From Squalus acanthias (lineage: Eukaryota), in NCBI GenBank assembly GCA_030390025.1, contig CM059449.1, positions 13,950,001-14,014,000 on the forward strand: 64,000 bases of DNA, written 5' to 3'. Below are positions 11,300 to 23,917 of this stretch, in pieces. The position numbers and the translations under genes are program-made. A model generated the notes under the pieces. That model did not search any database. It was not told the origin of the DNA and saw only the letters and a list, made by a program, of their open reading frames with translations. How positions within the stretch are numbered: position 1 is the stretch's first letter; each line of letters begins with the position of its first letter.

Positions 11300-14200
11300 C
11301 TTCACTCCCACTCTGATCTCTCTGTCCTCGGCCTATTACATTGTTCCAATGAAGCGCAACGTAAACTCGAGGAACAGCACCTCATCTTTCGATTAGGCAC
11401 TTTACATCCTTCCGGACTTAGCATCGAGTTCAACAATTTCAGACAATAATCCCTGCCCCCATTTTTCATGCTGTATGATTTTGCCATTCCCATTTGCAAC
11501 ATTTTATCTTTCCTGCCTCTTACATAAGCACAGTATGTTCTTTCAACGCCTTCCTCCCCTCCTAGAGGCGAATCGAATAACTAGGGCTGTGGAGAGGGCT
11601 TTAAACTAATTAGTGGGGGGGAGGTTTCAAGAGAGCAAAAAATAAAAATGACAACAGAGATGGTCATAGACATAGGTAGCAGTAGGGGAATCACAAATCA
11701 GAGCGTGGCAGGAAGGGACAGAGTGTGTGGAGTAAAAGGTAAAGTGGTAAAAAGTGAAAAAGCAGGAACTAAGTGCCACAAAGCATATTTGAAAGTTCTC
11801 TATCTGAATGCACGTAGCATTCGTAACAAAATAGACGAGTTAATGGCACAAATAACTACATATGGTTATGATATTGTGGCCATTACAGAAACATGGCTGC
11901 AGGGTGACAATGCCTGGGAATTAAACATACCAGGTTATTTAACGATCAGGAAGGACAGGCAGGAAGGAAGGGGAGGTGGGGTGGCTATGTTAATAAAGGA
12001 AGGAATCACTGTAATACAGAGTAATGATATTGGGTCAAAAAATCATGATAATGAAACAGTTTGGGTGGAGATAAGGAATAATAAGGGGAAAAAAACACTA
12101 GTGGGCGTAGTCTATAGGCCTCCGAACAGTTGCAACTCTGTTGGACGGAGTATCAATCAGGAAATAGTTGAGGCATGTAATAAGGGAACATCTATAATTA
12201 TGGGGGATTTTAACTATCATATTAATTGGACAAATCAAATGGGGCAGGGCTGCCTTGAGGATGAGTTCATTGAGTGTATTAGGGATGGGTTTCTTGAGCA
12301 GTATGTAACTGAACCGACCAGGGGGCAAGCAACCTTAGATCTGGTCCTGTGTAACGAGACAGGATTAATTAAAAATGTCCTAGTAAAGGATCCCCTTGGA
12401 ATGAGTGACCATAACATGGTTGAATTCCATATTCAATTAGAGGGTGAGAAGGTTGGATCTCAAACAAGCGTGCTAAGCTTGAATAAAGGAGACTATGAAG
12501 GTATGCGAGCGGAATTGAGTAGAGTGGATTGGGAAAATAGATTAAAGGGTAAGACGACACATGATCAGTGGTGTACATTCAAGGAGTTATTTTACAACTT
12601 CCAAAAAAAATATATTCCACTGAAAAGAAAAGGGTGTAAAAGAAAGGACAGTCATCCGTGGCTAAGTAAAGAAATTAAGGATAGTATTCGACTAAAAACA
12701 AGGGCATATAAGGTAGCGAAATCTAGTGGGAGGACAGAGGATTGGGAAAACTTTAAAAGGCAGCAAAAAATAACAAAAAGATTGATTAAGAAAGGGAAGA
12801 TAGATTATGAAAGTAAATGAGCAAAAAATATAAAAACAGATAGTAAGAGTTTTTATAGTTATATAAAAAGAAAAAGGGTGGCTAAAGTAAATGTTGGTCC
12901 CTTAGAGGATGAGACCGGGAAATTAATGGTGAGAAATATGGAGATGGCAAAAACACTGAATGAATATTTTGTATCAGTCTTTACAGTAGAGGACACTAAG
13001 AATATCCCAACACTGGACAAACAGGGGGCTATAGGGGGAGAGGAGCTAAACACGATCAAAATCACTAAGGAAGTGGTACTCGGTAAAATAATGGGACTCA
13101 AGGCGGATAAATCACCTGGACCTGATGGCTTACATCCTAGAGTCTTGAAGGAAGTGGCGGTAGGGATTGTAGATGCATTGGTAATAATTTTTCAAAACAC
13201 CCTGGATTCCGCTAAGGTCCCGGCAGACTGGAAAACTGCTAATGTAACACCCTTATTTAAAAAGGGCAGTAGACAGAAGGCTGGTAACTATAGACCGGTT
13301 AGCCTAACATCTGTGGTAGGTAAAATTTTGGAGTCCATTATTAAGGAAACAGTAACAGGACATTTGGATAATCATAATTTAATAGGACAAAGTCAGCATG
13401 GTTTTACGAAGGGGAAGTCATGTTTGACAAATTTGCTGGAGTTCTTTGAGGAAGTAACATATAGAGTGGATAAAGGGGAACCAGTGGACGTAGTGTATTT
13501 AGACTTCCAAAAGGCATTTGACAAGGTGCCACACAAAAGATTATTGCTTAAGGTAAAAAATCACGGGATTGGGGGTAATATTCTGGCATGGATAGAGGAT
13601 TGGCTATCTAACAGAAAGCAAAGAGTTGGGATAAATGGTTCATTCTCAGACTGGCAATCAGTAACTAGTGGTGTTCCACAGGGGTCAGTGCTGGGTCCCC
13701 AACTCTTCACAATCTATATTAACGATTTGGAGGAAGGGACCAAGTGTAACATATCAAAATTTGCAGATGATACAAAGATGGGAGGGAAAGTAGTGAGTGA
13801 GGAGGACATAAAAAACCTGCAAGGGGACATAGACAGGCTAAGTAAGTGGGCAGAGATTTGGCAGTTGGAATACAACACTGGAAAGTGTGAGGTGATGCAC
13901 TTTGGCAGGAAAAATCCTAGAGCAATTTATTATCTTAATGGCAAGAAACTGGAGAGTACTGAAGTGCAAAGGGATCTGGGGGTCCTGGTGCACGAAACTC
14001 AAAAGGTTAGTATGCAGGTGCAGCAAGTGATTAAGAAGGCAAATGGAATGTTGGCTTTCATTGCTAGGGGGATAGAATATAAAAATAGGGAGGTATTGCT
14101 TCAGTTGTACAAGGTATTGGTGAGACCGCACCTGGAATACTGCATACAGTTTTGGTGTCCTTACTTAAGGAAAGACATCCTTGCTCTCGAGGCAGTGCAA

Positions 14201-15010
14201 AAAAGGTTCACTCGGTTAATCCCGGGGATGAGGGGGTGGTCATATGAGGAGAGGTTGGGTAGATTGGGACTCTACTCATTGGAGTTCAGAAGAATGAGAG
14301 GCGATCTTATTGAAACATATAAGATTGTGAAGGGGTTGGATCGGGTGGATGCGGGGAGGATGTTCCCGATGACGGGTGAGACTAGAACTAGGGGACATAG
14401 TCTTAGAATAACGGGCTGCTCTTTCAAAACTGAGATGAGGAGGAACTACTTCACTCAGAGGGTGGTAGGTCCATGGAATATGCTGCCACAAAAAGCTGTA
14501 GAAGCTACAACATTAATTAAATTTAAAACAGAAATAGACAGTTTCCTAGAAGTAAAGGGCATTAAGGGTTACGGGGAGCGGGCAGGAATTTGGACATGAG
14601 TCTAGGTTCGGATCGGTCATGGCCCTGTGGGTAGTGGAGCGGGCCCAGGGACCGTGTAGCCTGATTCTGCTCCTATTTCGTGTGTGCAATTCTGTTAGAT
14701 GCAGGAGATGGTGCTGTGATAGATAGTAGATTGGCGGTTAGGATCAGATCAGCCATGATCTTATTGAATGGCGGAGCAGGCTCGAGGGGCCGATTGGCCT
14801 ACTCCTGCTCCTATTTCTTATGTTCTTATGTTCTTATGTTCTAACGCCCCCGCCCCCCCCCCCCTCTCTGCACCTGCTTAATATCTGATACATCTACAGC
14901 TTTTTCCAATTCTGATGAAGGGTCCCAGACCTGAAACGTTAACTCTGTTTCTCTCTCCACGGATGCTGTCTGGCCTGCTGAGTATTTCCACCATTTTCTG
15001 CTGTTATTTC
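11300..15010 (+). mobile_element. Penelope-like element 3' end, split by the CR1 insertion
   Basis: 11300-11445 encodes SHSDLSVLGLLHCSNEAQRKLEEQHLIFRLGTLHPSGLSIEFNNFR (GIY-YIG C-terminus); its tail ttctgatgaagggtc...ctgagtatttcca resumes at ~14845-15010. Confidence 0.7.
11563..14842 (+). mobile_element. CR1 LINE, 5'-truncated in ORF1, near-intact ORF2 (APE endonuclease + RT)
   Basis: LNARS/ITETW/VYRPP/GDFN/SDH endonuclease motifs and RT motifs (DFQKAFDKV, GVPQGSVLGP, FADD). ORFs 11648-12820 and 12878-14599 are in the same frame with one TGA between them; (TTCTTATG)n tail. Confidence 0.95.
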
Positions 15011-15594
15011 TGCCTTTACTGGACTTGTCCTGCAGTGGGACCAATTGTGAACGCAATACGATATTCACGATAAATTTAATTTCATTATTTTTAGTTATCT
15101 TTTCACCAACTTATATACAGATACCTATTTCTTGATGCATTTGTATTTGCATCCACGGATGGAAATTTGCCGGCAACATAGCCGCGATTTCCGTTAACCA
15201 ACCGGCTGCAAGTGAAATACAATGATATTTGAGCGCAGAATCATAGGAAAAAAATCTAGAAGTTTACAGCACAGAAGGAGGCCATTCGGCCCATCCTGTC
15301 CGTGCCGGCCGACAAAGAGCTATCCAGCCTAATCCCACTTTCTAGCTCTTGGTCCGTAACCTTGTAGGTTACGGCACTTCAAGTGCATATCCAAGTACTT
15401 TTTAAATGTGATGAGGGTTTCTGCCTCTACCACCCTTTCAGGCAGTGAGTTCCAGACCCCACCACCCTCTGAGTGAACAGAGTTCTCCTCAACTCCCCTC
15501 TAATCCTTCTACCAATTACAGGTACCTGAATACATCACAACTGGGTTTTTTCCGTTAAATTGGCACCAAGAAATTTAACTGGATTAGCCAGATA

Positions 15595-16225
15595 AATACT
15601 GTGGCAACAAGAGCAGGTCAGAGGCTAGGTATTCTGTGGCGAATGTCTCACCTCCTGACTCCCCAAAACTTTCCACCATCTACAAGGCACAATTCAGGAG
15701 TGTGATGAATTACTCTCCACTTGTCTGGATGAGTGCAGCTCCAACAACACTCAGGAAGCTCGACACCATCCAGGATAAAGCAGCCCGATTGATTGACACC
15801 CCATCCACCACCTTAAACATTCACTCCCTCCCCTCCACCACCGGCATACCATGGCTGCAGTGTGCACCATCTCCAAGATACAATGCAGCAACTCGCCAAG
15901 GCTTCTTCAGCAGCACCTCCCAAACCCGCGACCTCTTCCACCTAGAAGGACAAGGGCAGCAGGCGCATGGGAACACCGCCACCTCCAAGTTCCCCTCCAA
16001 GTCACACACCATCCTGACTTAGAAGTATATTGCCGATTCTTCATCGTCGCTGGGTCAAAATCTGGAACTCCCTCCCTAACAGCACTGTGGGAGTACCTTC
16101 ACCACACGGACTGCAGCGGTTCAAGAAGGTGGCTCACCACCACCTTCTCAAGGGCAATTAGGGATGGGCAATAAATGCTGGACTTGCCAGCGACGCCCAC
16201 GTCCCTTATACAAATTTTTAAAAAG
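15595..16225 (+). mobile_element. Second LINE family (CR1/L2 group) 3' fragment
   Basis: IYKAQ.RSVM.YSPL / LDTIQDKAARLI peptides with tail caccttctcaagggcaattagggatgggcaataaatgc. Confidence 0.85.
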
Positions 16226-16944
16226 CGTGTCGATTTTTTTTGCCGGGGGGGATGTCAAAGTATTTTATTCCACTTCGCCAAATATTAACCACAGCCATAT
16301 TAGCTTTCTAAAATGTAGGATGCAAATCGACTAGAAGAACAGTCATATTAAGCCGACTGACCAATACATGAAATCGCAAGAGTGTCACGTTCATTCGAGC
16401 TGGTAAAGTTCTGCATCGCTGAAATATTATTACAGATTTCCGAGTTCCCCGTTGCATCACGTTTAAATCAAACATTAAACTATGGAAATGGAAACTAGTT
16501 TTGAGCCCTACCTTGACATGTTCTTTATTCGCTCCGAATCCTTGGTCCCTTTCGGCTGCAGCGCCAATCTCCAATGCTGCCTGTGCAATCGGGTGCAACT
16601 TGACCGCTGGTGACACTGTGAGGAGGGAGCGCCGAGTTATTGATCTAAGTCTCCATTAAATAACAAGAAGGAGATCAAAATAGAAGTCCGAAGACCAATG
16701 CATGTCTGACCACTGAGTGATGTTTCTACACTGGACCACGCTCTGTAAATTTTATGATCTCATTTTCAATGCAGTTTAATAAAAAGTGGACTGCTGACTT
16801 TATCACGGTGATCACTTTTGAATGCGCTCCAGTTCGTGTAAGGTGGAAGATGGGAGGCCAACCAGGAGCTGCATCTCCTCACCTTCACCCCTTCCCAATG
16901 GTCCTTCTTTCCTCCGTTTCCCAGCCCTCAAGCACCCCCAATGT

Positions 16945-17335
16945 TTTCTGTTCATGGGATGGTGGCAAGACTGGTATTTATTACCCATCCCTAATTGACC
17001 TTGAGATGTGGTGGTGAGCTGCCTTCTTGAACCGCAGAGGGCAGTTAAGGGTTAACCACTTTGCTGTGGGTCTGGAGTCACATATTGGCCGGACTGGGTA
17101 AGGACGGCAGATTTCCTTCTCTAAAGGACATTAGTGAACCAAATGGGTTTTCACGACAGTCTGTTCGTTAACCATTAACTGATACTAGTTTTTTAATCCA
17201 GATTTATTAAATTAACTGAATTTTAAATTCCACAGCTGGCGTGGTGGGATTTGAACTTTCATGTTTCTGGATCTTTAATCCCGGCCGCTGGATTGTTAGT
17301 CCAGTAACATAACCACTACGCTGCTTTACCCCCTG
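16945..17335 (-). mobile_element. tRNA-derived SINE sharing its 3' tail with the second LINE family
   Basis: Head gcgtagtggttatgttactggacta; other copies at ~9335-10920, ~28594-29021, ~63305-63852. Confidence 0.75.
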
Positions 17336-17897
17336 CTCAGCGTCAGTACCCATATCTGCTCACTTGCTCTCCCCCTGACTTCTACCCTCAACTATTATTC
17401 ACTCTCCCTCTCCACACATCATCCAATCAGCTTCATCCCTTTCCATGCACTCCTCGGCCCATCGCCCTCCCTCTGCCCCTCAGGCCCAGCCCTATGTCCC
17501 CCTCAGACCCCATCACCTTCCCTTCACCAGCCTCGGAGTAAAGCCCCACTCCCTTGGCCCCCCTCTCCCGCCAGCAGCGTCACGTGAAAGTCCTCCATTT
17601 CTCTCCAGTCTCTCGAGGAGTCCCTTCTTCAACGGCGTGTTACCCAGCTCTGGGAGTGAACAATTTGGTTATTAAAAGGCCTAAAGCGCTTGCATTAGAA
17701 CACAGTGCTATAAACACTTCGGGAAAAGAACGGATGAGAATCACCAGGGGAGACGCGGGCATACAAGGGGAGGAAGCGCGCAAAGACAGACATGTCACGG
17801 GCGAAGGACACGAGGAATGGCAGGGCAGAAGGAAGTTACTTTGATGCAGGGATTTTTAGAAGAGGCGGAGTGCCGGTGAAACCTCAGAATGAGGAGC

Positions 17898-17917
17898 AGT
17901 GGCGCCACCTTGTGGAG
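17898..17917 (-). promoter_or_regulatory. Candidate CTCF site
   Basis: Minus strand CTCCACAAGGTGGCGCCACT, close to the CTCF core CCASYAGRKGGCRS, in non-repetitive sequence. Confidence 0.5.
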
Positions 17918-18490
17918 GGTCCGCCTATCACTGCAGCGTGACTGACAAAACCTGGCACAGGACTTTTGCATTGTCTCTTGACAAAAAACTGGTACAAAAA
18001 AAGGTGGAACAGAAAATACCCCGATTCTGAAGAGATAGTGTGCACTTAACCCACTGTATTATAGATAGCTATACCAGCAGGGTTTCACCTGTAGGTTACT
18101 TAATTTTTCGCACTATATCAAAATAAGGAAGCAAAGACAATAAAAATAATAGTGCAACTAAATTAGAGAGCTTATCAAACTCATAGGCAACTGGACGGCA
18201 GAGGACAGATTCAATTCAGTATTGATAAGTGTAAAGCAATTATGGTGGATCAAGAAACCAAAGGAAGGAACATTTGTTAGATTCTACAACGGTAGAGCAC
18301 GATATTCAGGTAATAGATCGAGGCATTATAGAATGGATACATCTATGAAATCAAAAGCAAAAGCTTTAACTGCAGTGATAAAAAGGGCAAATACTAGGTT
18401 GTAGTAGCAGAAAGACGGAGTGTAATTCTAAAGATCTGTATTATTGTACAAGGAACTGGCCATAGCTTATGTAATGCTGCATGAAGTTCT

Positions 18491-19452
18491 TTACATAGGA
18501 TTACATAGGATATACGTCACAGAAACAGGCCATTCGGCCCAACAAGTCCATGCCGGAGTTTATGCGCCACACGAGCCTCCTCCCGTCTTTCTTCATCTAA
18601 ATCTATCAGATTTACCCTCTGTTCCTTTATCCCTCATATGCTTGTCTACCCTCCCCTTAAATGCATCTATACTATTCTCTTCAAACACTCCCTGTGGTAG
18701 CGAGTTCCACATTCTCACCACTCTCTGGGTAAAGAAGTTTCTACTGAATTCCCTATTGGATTTCTTGGTGACTATCTTATAATGATGGTCTCTAGTTATG
18801 CACTTCCCCACAAGTGGAAACATTCTCTCTGTATCCACTCTATGATAACTTTTCATAATTTTAAAGACCTCCATTAGGTCACCCCTCAGCCTTCTTTTTT
18901 CAAAAGAAAAGAGACCCAGCCTGTTCATCCTTTCCTGCTATGTACACCCTCGCATTTCTGGTATCATCCTTGGAAATCTTCTCTGCACCCTCTCCAGTGC
19001 CTCGATATCCTTTTTATAATATGGCGACCAGAACTGTACACAGTACTCTAAGTGTGGTCTAACCAAGGTTCGATACAGGTTTAGCATAACTTCCCTACTT
19101 TTCAATTCTATCCCTCTAGAAATAAACCCTAGTGCTTGGTTTGCTTTTTTATGGCCTTGCTAACCTGCGTCACAACTTTTAGAGATTTGTGTATTTGTAC
19201 TCCGAGATCCCTTTGTTCCTCTACCCCACCTAGACTCGCACCCTCCAAGTGATAAGTGACCTCCCTATTCTTCCTACTAAAATGTAATACCTCACGTTTA
19301 TCTGCGTTGAACTTCATTTGCAAATTATATGCCCAATCTGCAAGTTTATTAATGTCCTCCTGTAATTCGCTGCAGTCCTCCTCAGTATTGACTATCCCCC
19401 CCAATCTGGTTTCATCTGCAAATTTACAAATTGTGTTTTTGATTCCAAAGTC
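18491..19452 (-). mobile_element. CR1 3' fragment
   Basis: Minus-strand ORFs 18593-18928 and 19129-19404 are the CR1 RT C-terminus. Confidence 0.9.
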
Positions 19453-21435
19453 TAATGATTATTCTGATTATCTAACCACAATAAAGATATTATTCCCTTG
19501 ATAAAGTACAGAGCCAAGCAACGAAAATGGTCCCAGGCATCAAGATCTTAATTATCAGGAAACGTTCATCAGTTGGCCTTGCTTCTTTCCATAGAATCGT
19601 AGAAATTGCAATGGAAAATAAGGCCATTTGGTCTCTCATGCCTGCGCCAGTGACATTTCCACATGACAGCTATCTTCTCTAATCCCACTGATTGTCCCGT
19701 TAACAATGTGTTTCTTCGCCTTAATGATCTCCACTCTTTGAAGATTCAAGACCCACTGCAGGAATTAAACCCATAATTTAGGCTGACACGTCAGCAAAGT
19801 ACTGCATTGTTCTCGGTTCAGGCCAACATTCATCCCCGAAACCGACATCATCAAAAAACAGATCTGATGTATATTCGGATGCATAATAATGGGACCTCAC
19901 TATGTGAAATTGATAACAGCAATGCTTGTACTTCAAAAGACAATTAATTGATACGTGAATCACTTTGGGATGTCCTAAGAAGACCTAACATGGCTCTCTC
20001 TAAATACAGGTTTGTTTTTTCCTTCTTTCTTGAAGCAGTACAACAAAGTTCTCCTAAATGGTGTCATTGGCTTTGCTTCAAGATATACGTGTGGTTGCTC
20101 ACGCTCCCATCCCAATAACCATTTGCTTGGGAAAAAAATCCTTCTCCCATGTCTTTAAGAAACCCTTAATATTCTCTACCCCGGTGAATGCAAGCCGCTT
20201 TTAATCTCGCATCATGAGTATATCGTTTCATTCCATATACAGTCCCGTGAATCTCAGATGCAGCTTTTTCATTCCTCCAGCATTCTTTCTCTGAAGTTAT
20301 GCTCAACGTTGGACTCAGTACTCTAACTGTTTCCTAACCAAAGGCTTGTACAGATTTATCACAGATTTTTATTCAGTATATAAAAAGCCCAGAATCAGAC
20401 ATCCGTTTAATGGATTAATACAGCTCTAGCTTTTAAAACAAACCGTGCATCTGTATTCCTAGATCGCTCTGGTCCTCTACTACTCCATTGAGAACAGTAG
20501 TTTTATGATATTTCCTGTTTTTTCCGAAAATGAGCTACATCATATGTGTCTGAATTGACAGATGTTTCACTCTCTCCTCTTGCAATCTTGTGCATTCTCT
20601 TTCACAATTTGCCAAGTTGTGTAATTAGATATAGATCAGCAGTTTTTGCAGAATGAGTTCTACTTTGCTGCACCGTTCATTCATGTACATTGGAAATTAG
20701 AACAATGTCACGAACTGTTGGCAATGTCTTAACCCCAACCTGGGAACTACACACCAGGGTACATTGCCTCACATCTATTATTTTAATGCAGCATTTCAAT
20801 GTGATTGTAAATTTGCTGTTCCTATATATTAAACTATAGGCAGCGCTATTCTGTAGGCACTATCTAAGTTAATTTCAATAGGACCCTTATATACCGCAGT
20901 AAGTGGAGACTTTTGTCCAACATTCTCGGGAAACGACTTCAGAATCAGAGTCAGGTGATTACATCTTTTCTCACTGCTCTCCGAAGAAGTGATGATTTTA
21001 TTTTGACACTTTTCAAAGTACACCATAAAATATACTGTTTTTACTGAAAATTTGCACATGAACGCGTTTCAGTTGCGGGTGTTTTTATTTTTAACAGGAA
21101 TACAGAAAATCCATGTACTCATCAGCATAACAATATAACAAAAGATTGGCAAATTTAAATTGTGCGACCAGACACCAACAGACGGGTGTGTGATCATGAA
21201 TTGCTCTATACCTTTGATGAGTAGCTTTGTATGCGAGCTGTAGGTGTGCTTTACTGCTTAGATATACACAGGGGAAGAAAGGATTGACAATTTAGAACTG
21301 AAATATACGTGTCAATCATCCGTCCGTCTGTATCAAGGTAGATCGATAAACAGAAGTAAGATAAGCGATTGGGTTCTGGAGATCGGCTGTGCCTGCAGAA
21401 AACGACAAAGAATGGCTCATATTAATTTCACTGTG

Positions 21436-22054
21436 ATTAATACAAGAACAGGTCAGAGGCTGGGTATTCTGCGGCGAGTGTCTCACCTCCTGACTCCCCA
21501 AAGCCTTTCCACCATCTACAAGACACAAGTCAGGAGTGTGATGGAATATTCTCCACTTGCCTGATGAGTGCAGCTCCAACAACACTCAAGAAGCTCGACA
21601 CCATCCAGGACAAAGCAGCCCGCTTGATTGGCACCCCATCTATCACATTAAACATTCACTCCCTCCACCACCGGCGTACCGCGGCTGCAGTGTGTACCTT
21701 CTGCAAGATGCACTGCAGCAATTCGCCAAGGCTTCTTCGGCAGCACCTCCCAAACGCGCGGCCTCTTCCACCTAGAAGGACAGGGGCAGCAGGCACGTGG
21801 GAACACCACCGCCTCCAAGTGCACCTCCAAGTCACACACCATCCTGACTTGGAAATATATCGCCAATACTTTATCGTCACTGGGTCAAAATCCTGGAATT
21901 CCCTCCCTAACAGCACTGTGGGAGCACCTTCACCACACGGACTGCAGCAGTTCAAGAAGGCGGCTCACCTCCACCTTCTCAAGGGCAATTAGGGATGGGC
22001 AATAAATGCTGGCCTTGCCAGCGACGCGCACATCCCATGAACGAATTCAAAAAA
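21436..22054 (+). mobile_element. Second LINE family 3' fragment
   Basis: ORF 21564-21992 ending ...HLLKGN*. Confidence 0.88.
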
Positions 22055-22835
22055 TTTACCATACTCAGTAACTGAGTTGCATTCAGACAAAAACAACAAC
22101 TTGTATTTATATAGCGCCTTTAACGTAGCAAAACTTCGCAAGGCGCTTCACAGGAGTATTATAAGACAAAAAAAATCGACAGCACGTCTCACCATCCAAC
22201 ATGATTCCATCTGCCTCATGGTTTGGAGTGAAGTGGTCGAAAGTTTCCTCAGTTATGCAATGCTGTACATGAGCTGGGTTCCTGTCTAGATGGTTCACGG
22301 CTGACACGTGGCCATGGCTTGCCCCAGCAGACGATCACAAATGTTACCTTGCTGACAACCGTTGCTGAATTCACAGAACCAGGATTAGCAGAATGGAAAC
22401 CAACTATTCTGCAAACCAACTAGTCTTCTCTTTCCTCACCTTTCTTCATCTTCAAGGCAAGCATCACTGAACAAGATGCAGTTTGGGGGGAGGTTCTATC
22501 TGCAGTCTAAGATTCGAACCGCGGATACTGCAGCATGGATACTTGGTACTAGCGACCAGACTTTCATTTCTTATGCTGTGTACTTATCAGACACCATCAA
22601 CACTGTATTTTTTTATACAATTCCCGAACGCTAGAACAAAAAGTACGGCTTTAAAAACGAACACCATTTAATTCTGTGTAACAGCGAAGTGTGTGCATCC
22701 TGTGTTGTCAACGTGGAGACCGCAAAATAATTCCATTCACCCTTTATGTGGCTAGTGCTGACGACGCCGCTCTCCTTTCTAACTTTGCTCGCCCCTGGGC
22801 TCATTTTTTCCAACCTCTCCGCGTGTGCACCGAAG

Positions 22836-22893
22836 ATGCTGTTCACTCAACAGCTCGCCGTAATGCAGCTGATTCTCTTTGCAACATGCACGG
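22836..22893 (+). CDS. NCR3: NCR3/NKp30-like receptor, exon 1 (signal peptide MLFTQQLAVMQLILFATCT)
   Basis: ATG with A at -3 (cgaagATG), hydrophobic 19-codon leader, strong phase-1 donor G|gtgagt matching the phase-1 acceptor of the V exon. Confidence 0.8.
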
Positions 22894-23231
22894 GTGAGTT
22901 AATTGGTTTGTGACCGTTACGGATAAAGTCCACGGGCTGGAGAACAGGGTCGATTTAAATTCTACCTTTTGCAGAAACTGGACTTTTTTTCAGCTTCGAA
23001 TTGGAAATTATTTAATTTCAGGTAACCACAAAAAACGCTAATGGGTGCTGTCTGTTAACATGTTTTATTTCTGCAATTTACTTACAATTGTCGCACTAAC
23101 TATGAAATAGCGGTGCAACTGTGCTTAGCACCGGTCCATCCCCCTCTAAGCACAGTTACAGTATGTTCTAGACTTGAGCGCATATGGGGCAAAATTTCCA
23201 CCAGGTTCTTCCGATCTCCCGCCGTAGCTTT

Positions 23232-23917
23232 AGAATCATAGAATCATGGAATGGTTACAGCACAGAAGGAGGCCATTCGGCCCATCGAGCCCGTGCCGGC
23301 TCTCTGCAAGAGAACTTCAGCTAGTCCCACTCTCCCGCCCTTTCCCCGTAGCCCTGCATTTGTTTTCCTTCAGGTAATTATCCAATTCGCTTTTGAAAGC
23401 CTCAATTGAGTCTGCCTCCACCGCCCTTTCAGGCAGTTCATTCCAGATCCTAACCACTCGCTGCCTAAAAAAATGTTTTCCTCCCTACTTTAGTTCTTTT
23501 GCCAATCACCTTAAATCTGTGTCCTCTGGTTCTCGACCCTTCCGCCAACGGGAACAGTTTTTCTTTATCTGCTCTGCCTCGACCCCTCATGAATTTGAAC
23601 AGCTCTATCAAATCTCCTCTCATCCTTCTCTGCTCTAAGGAGAACAACCCCAGCTTCTCCAGTCTATCCACGTAACTGAAGTCCCTCGTCCCTGGAACCA
23701 TTCTTGCAAATCTATTCTGCACCCTCTGTAAGGCCTTCACAACCTTCCTGAAGTGCGGTGCCCAGAATTGGACACAATACTCCAGTTGTGGCCGAATCAG
23801 TGTTTTATAAAGGTTCATCATAACTTCCTTGCTTTTGTACTCTATGCCTCTATTTATGAAGCCCAGGATCCCGCATGCTTTTTTAACCGCTGTCTTAACC
23901 TGCCCTGCCACCTTCAA
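23232..23917 (-). mobile_element. CR1 3' fragment in NCR3 intron 1
   Basis: LYKTLIRPQLEYCVQFW / RGDLIE peptides on the - strand. Confidence 0.9.

Noticed and set aside
17701-17730. Perfect heptamer CACAGTG
   Set aside because: No acceptable nonamer at a 12- or 22/23-nt spacing.
23116-23160. 12-bp inverted repeat aactgtgcttag/ctaagcacagtt in intron 1
   Set aside because: Isolated small hairpin with no supporting context.
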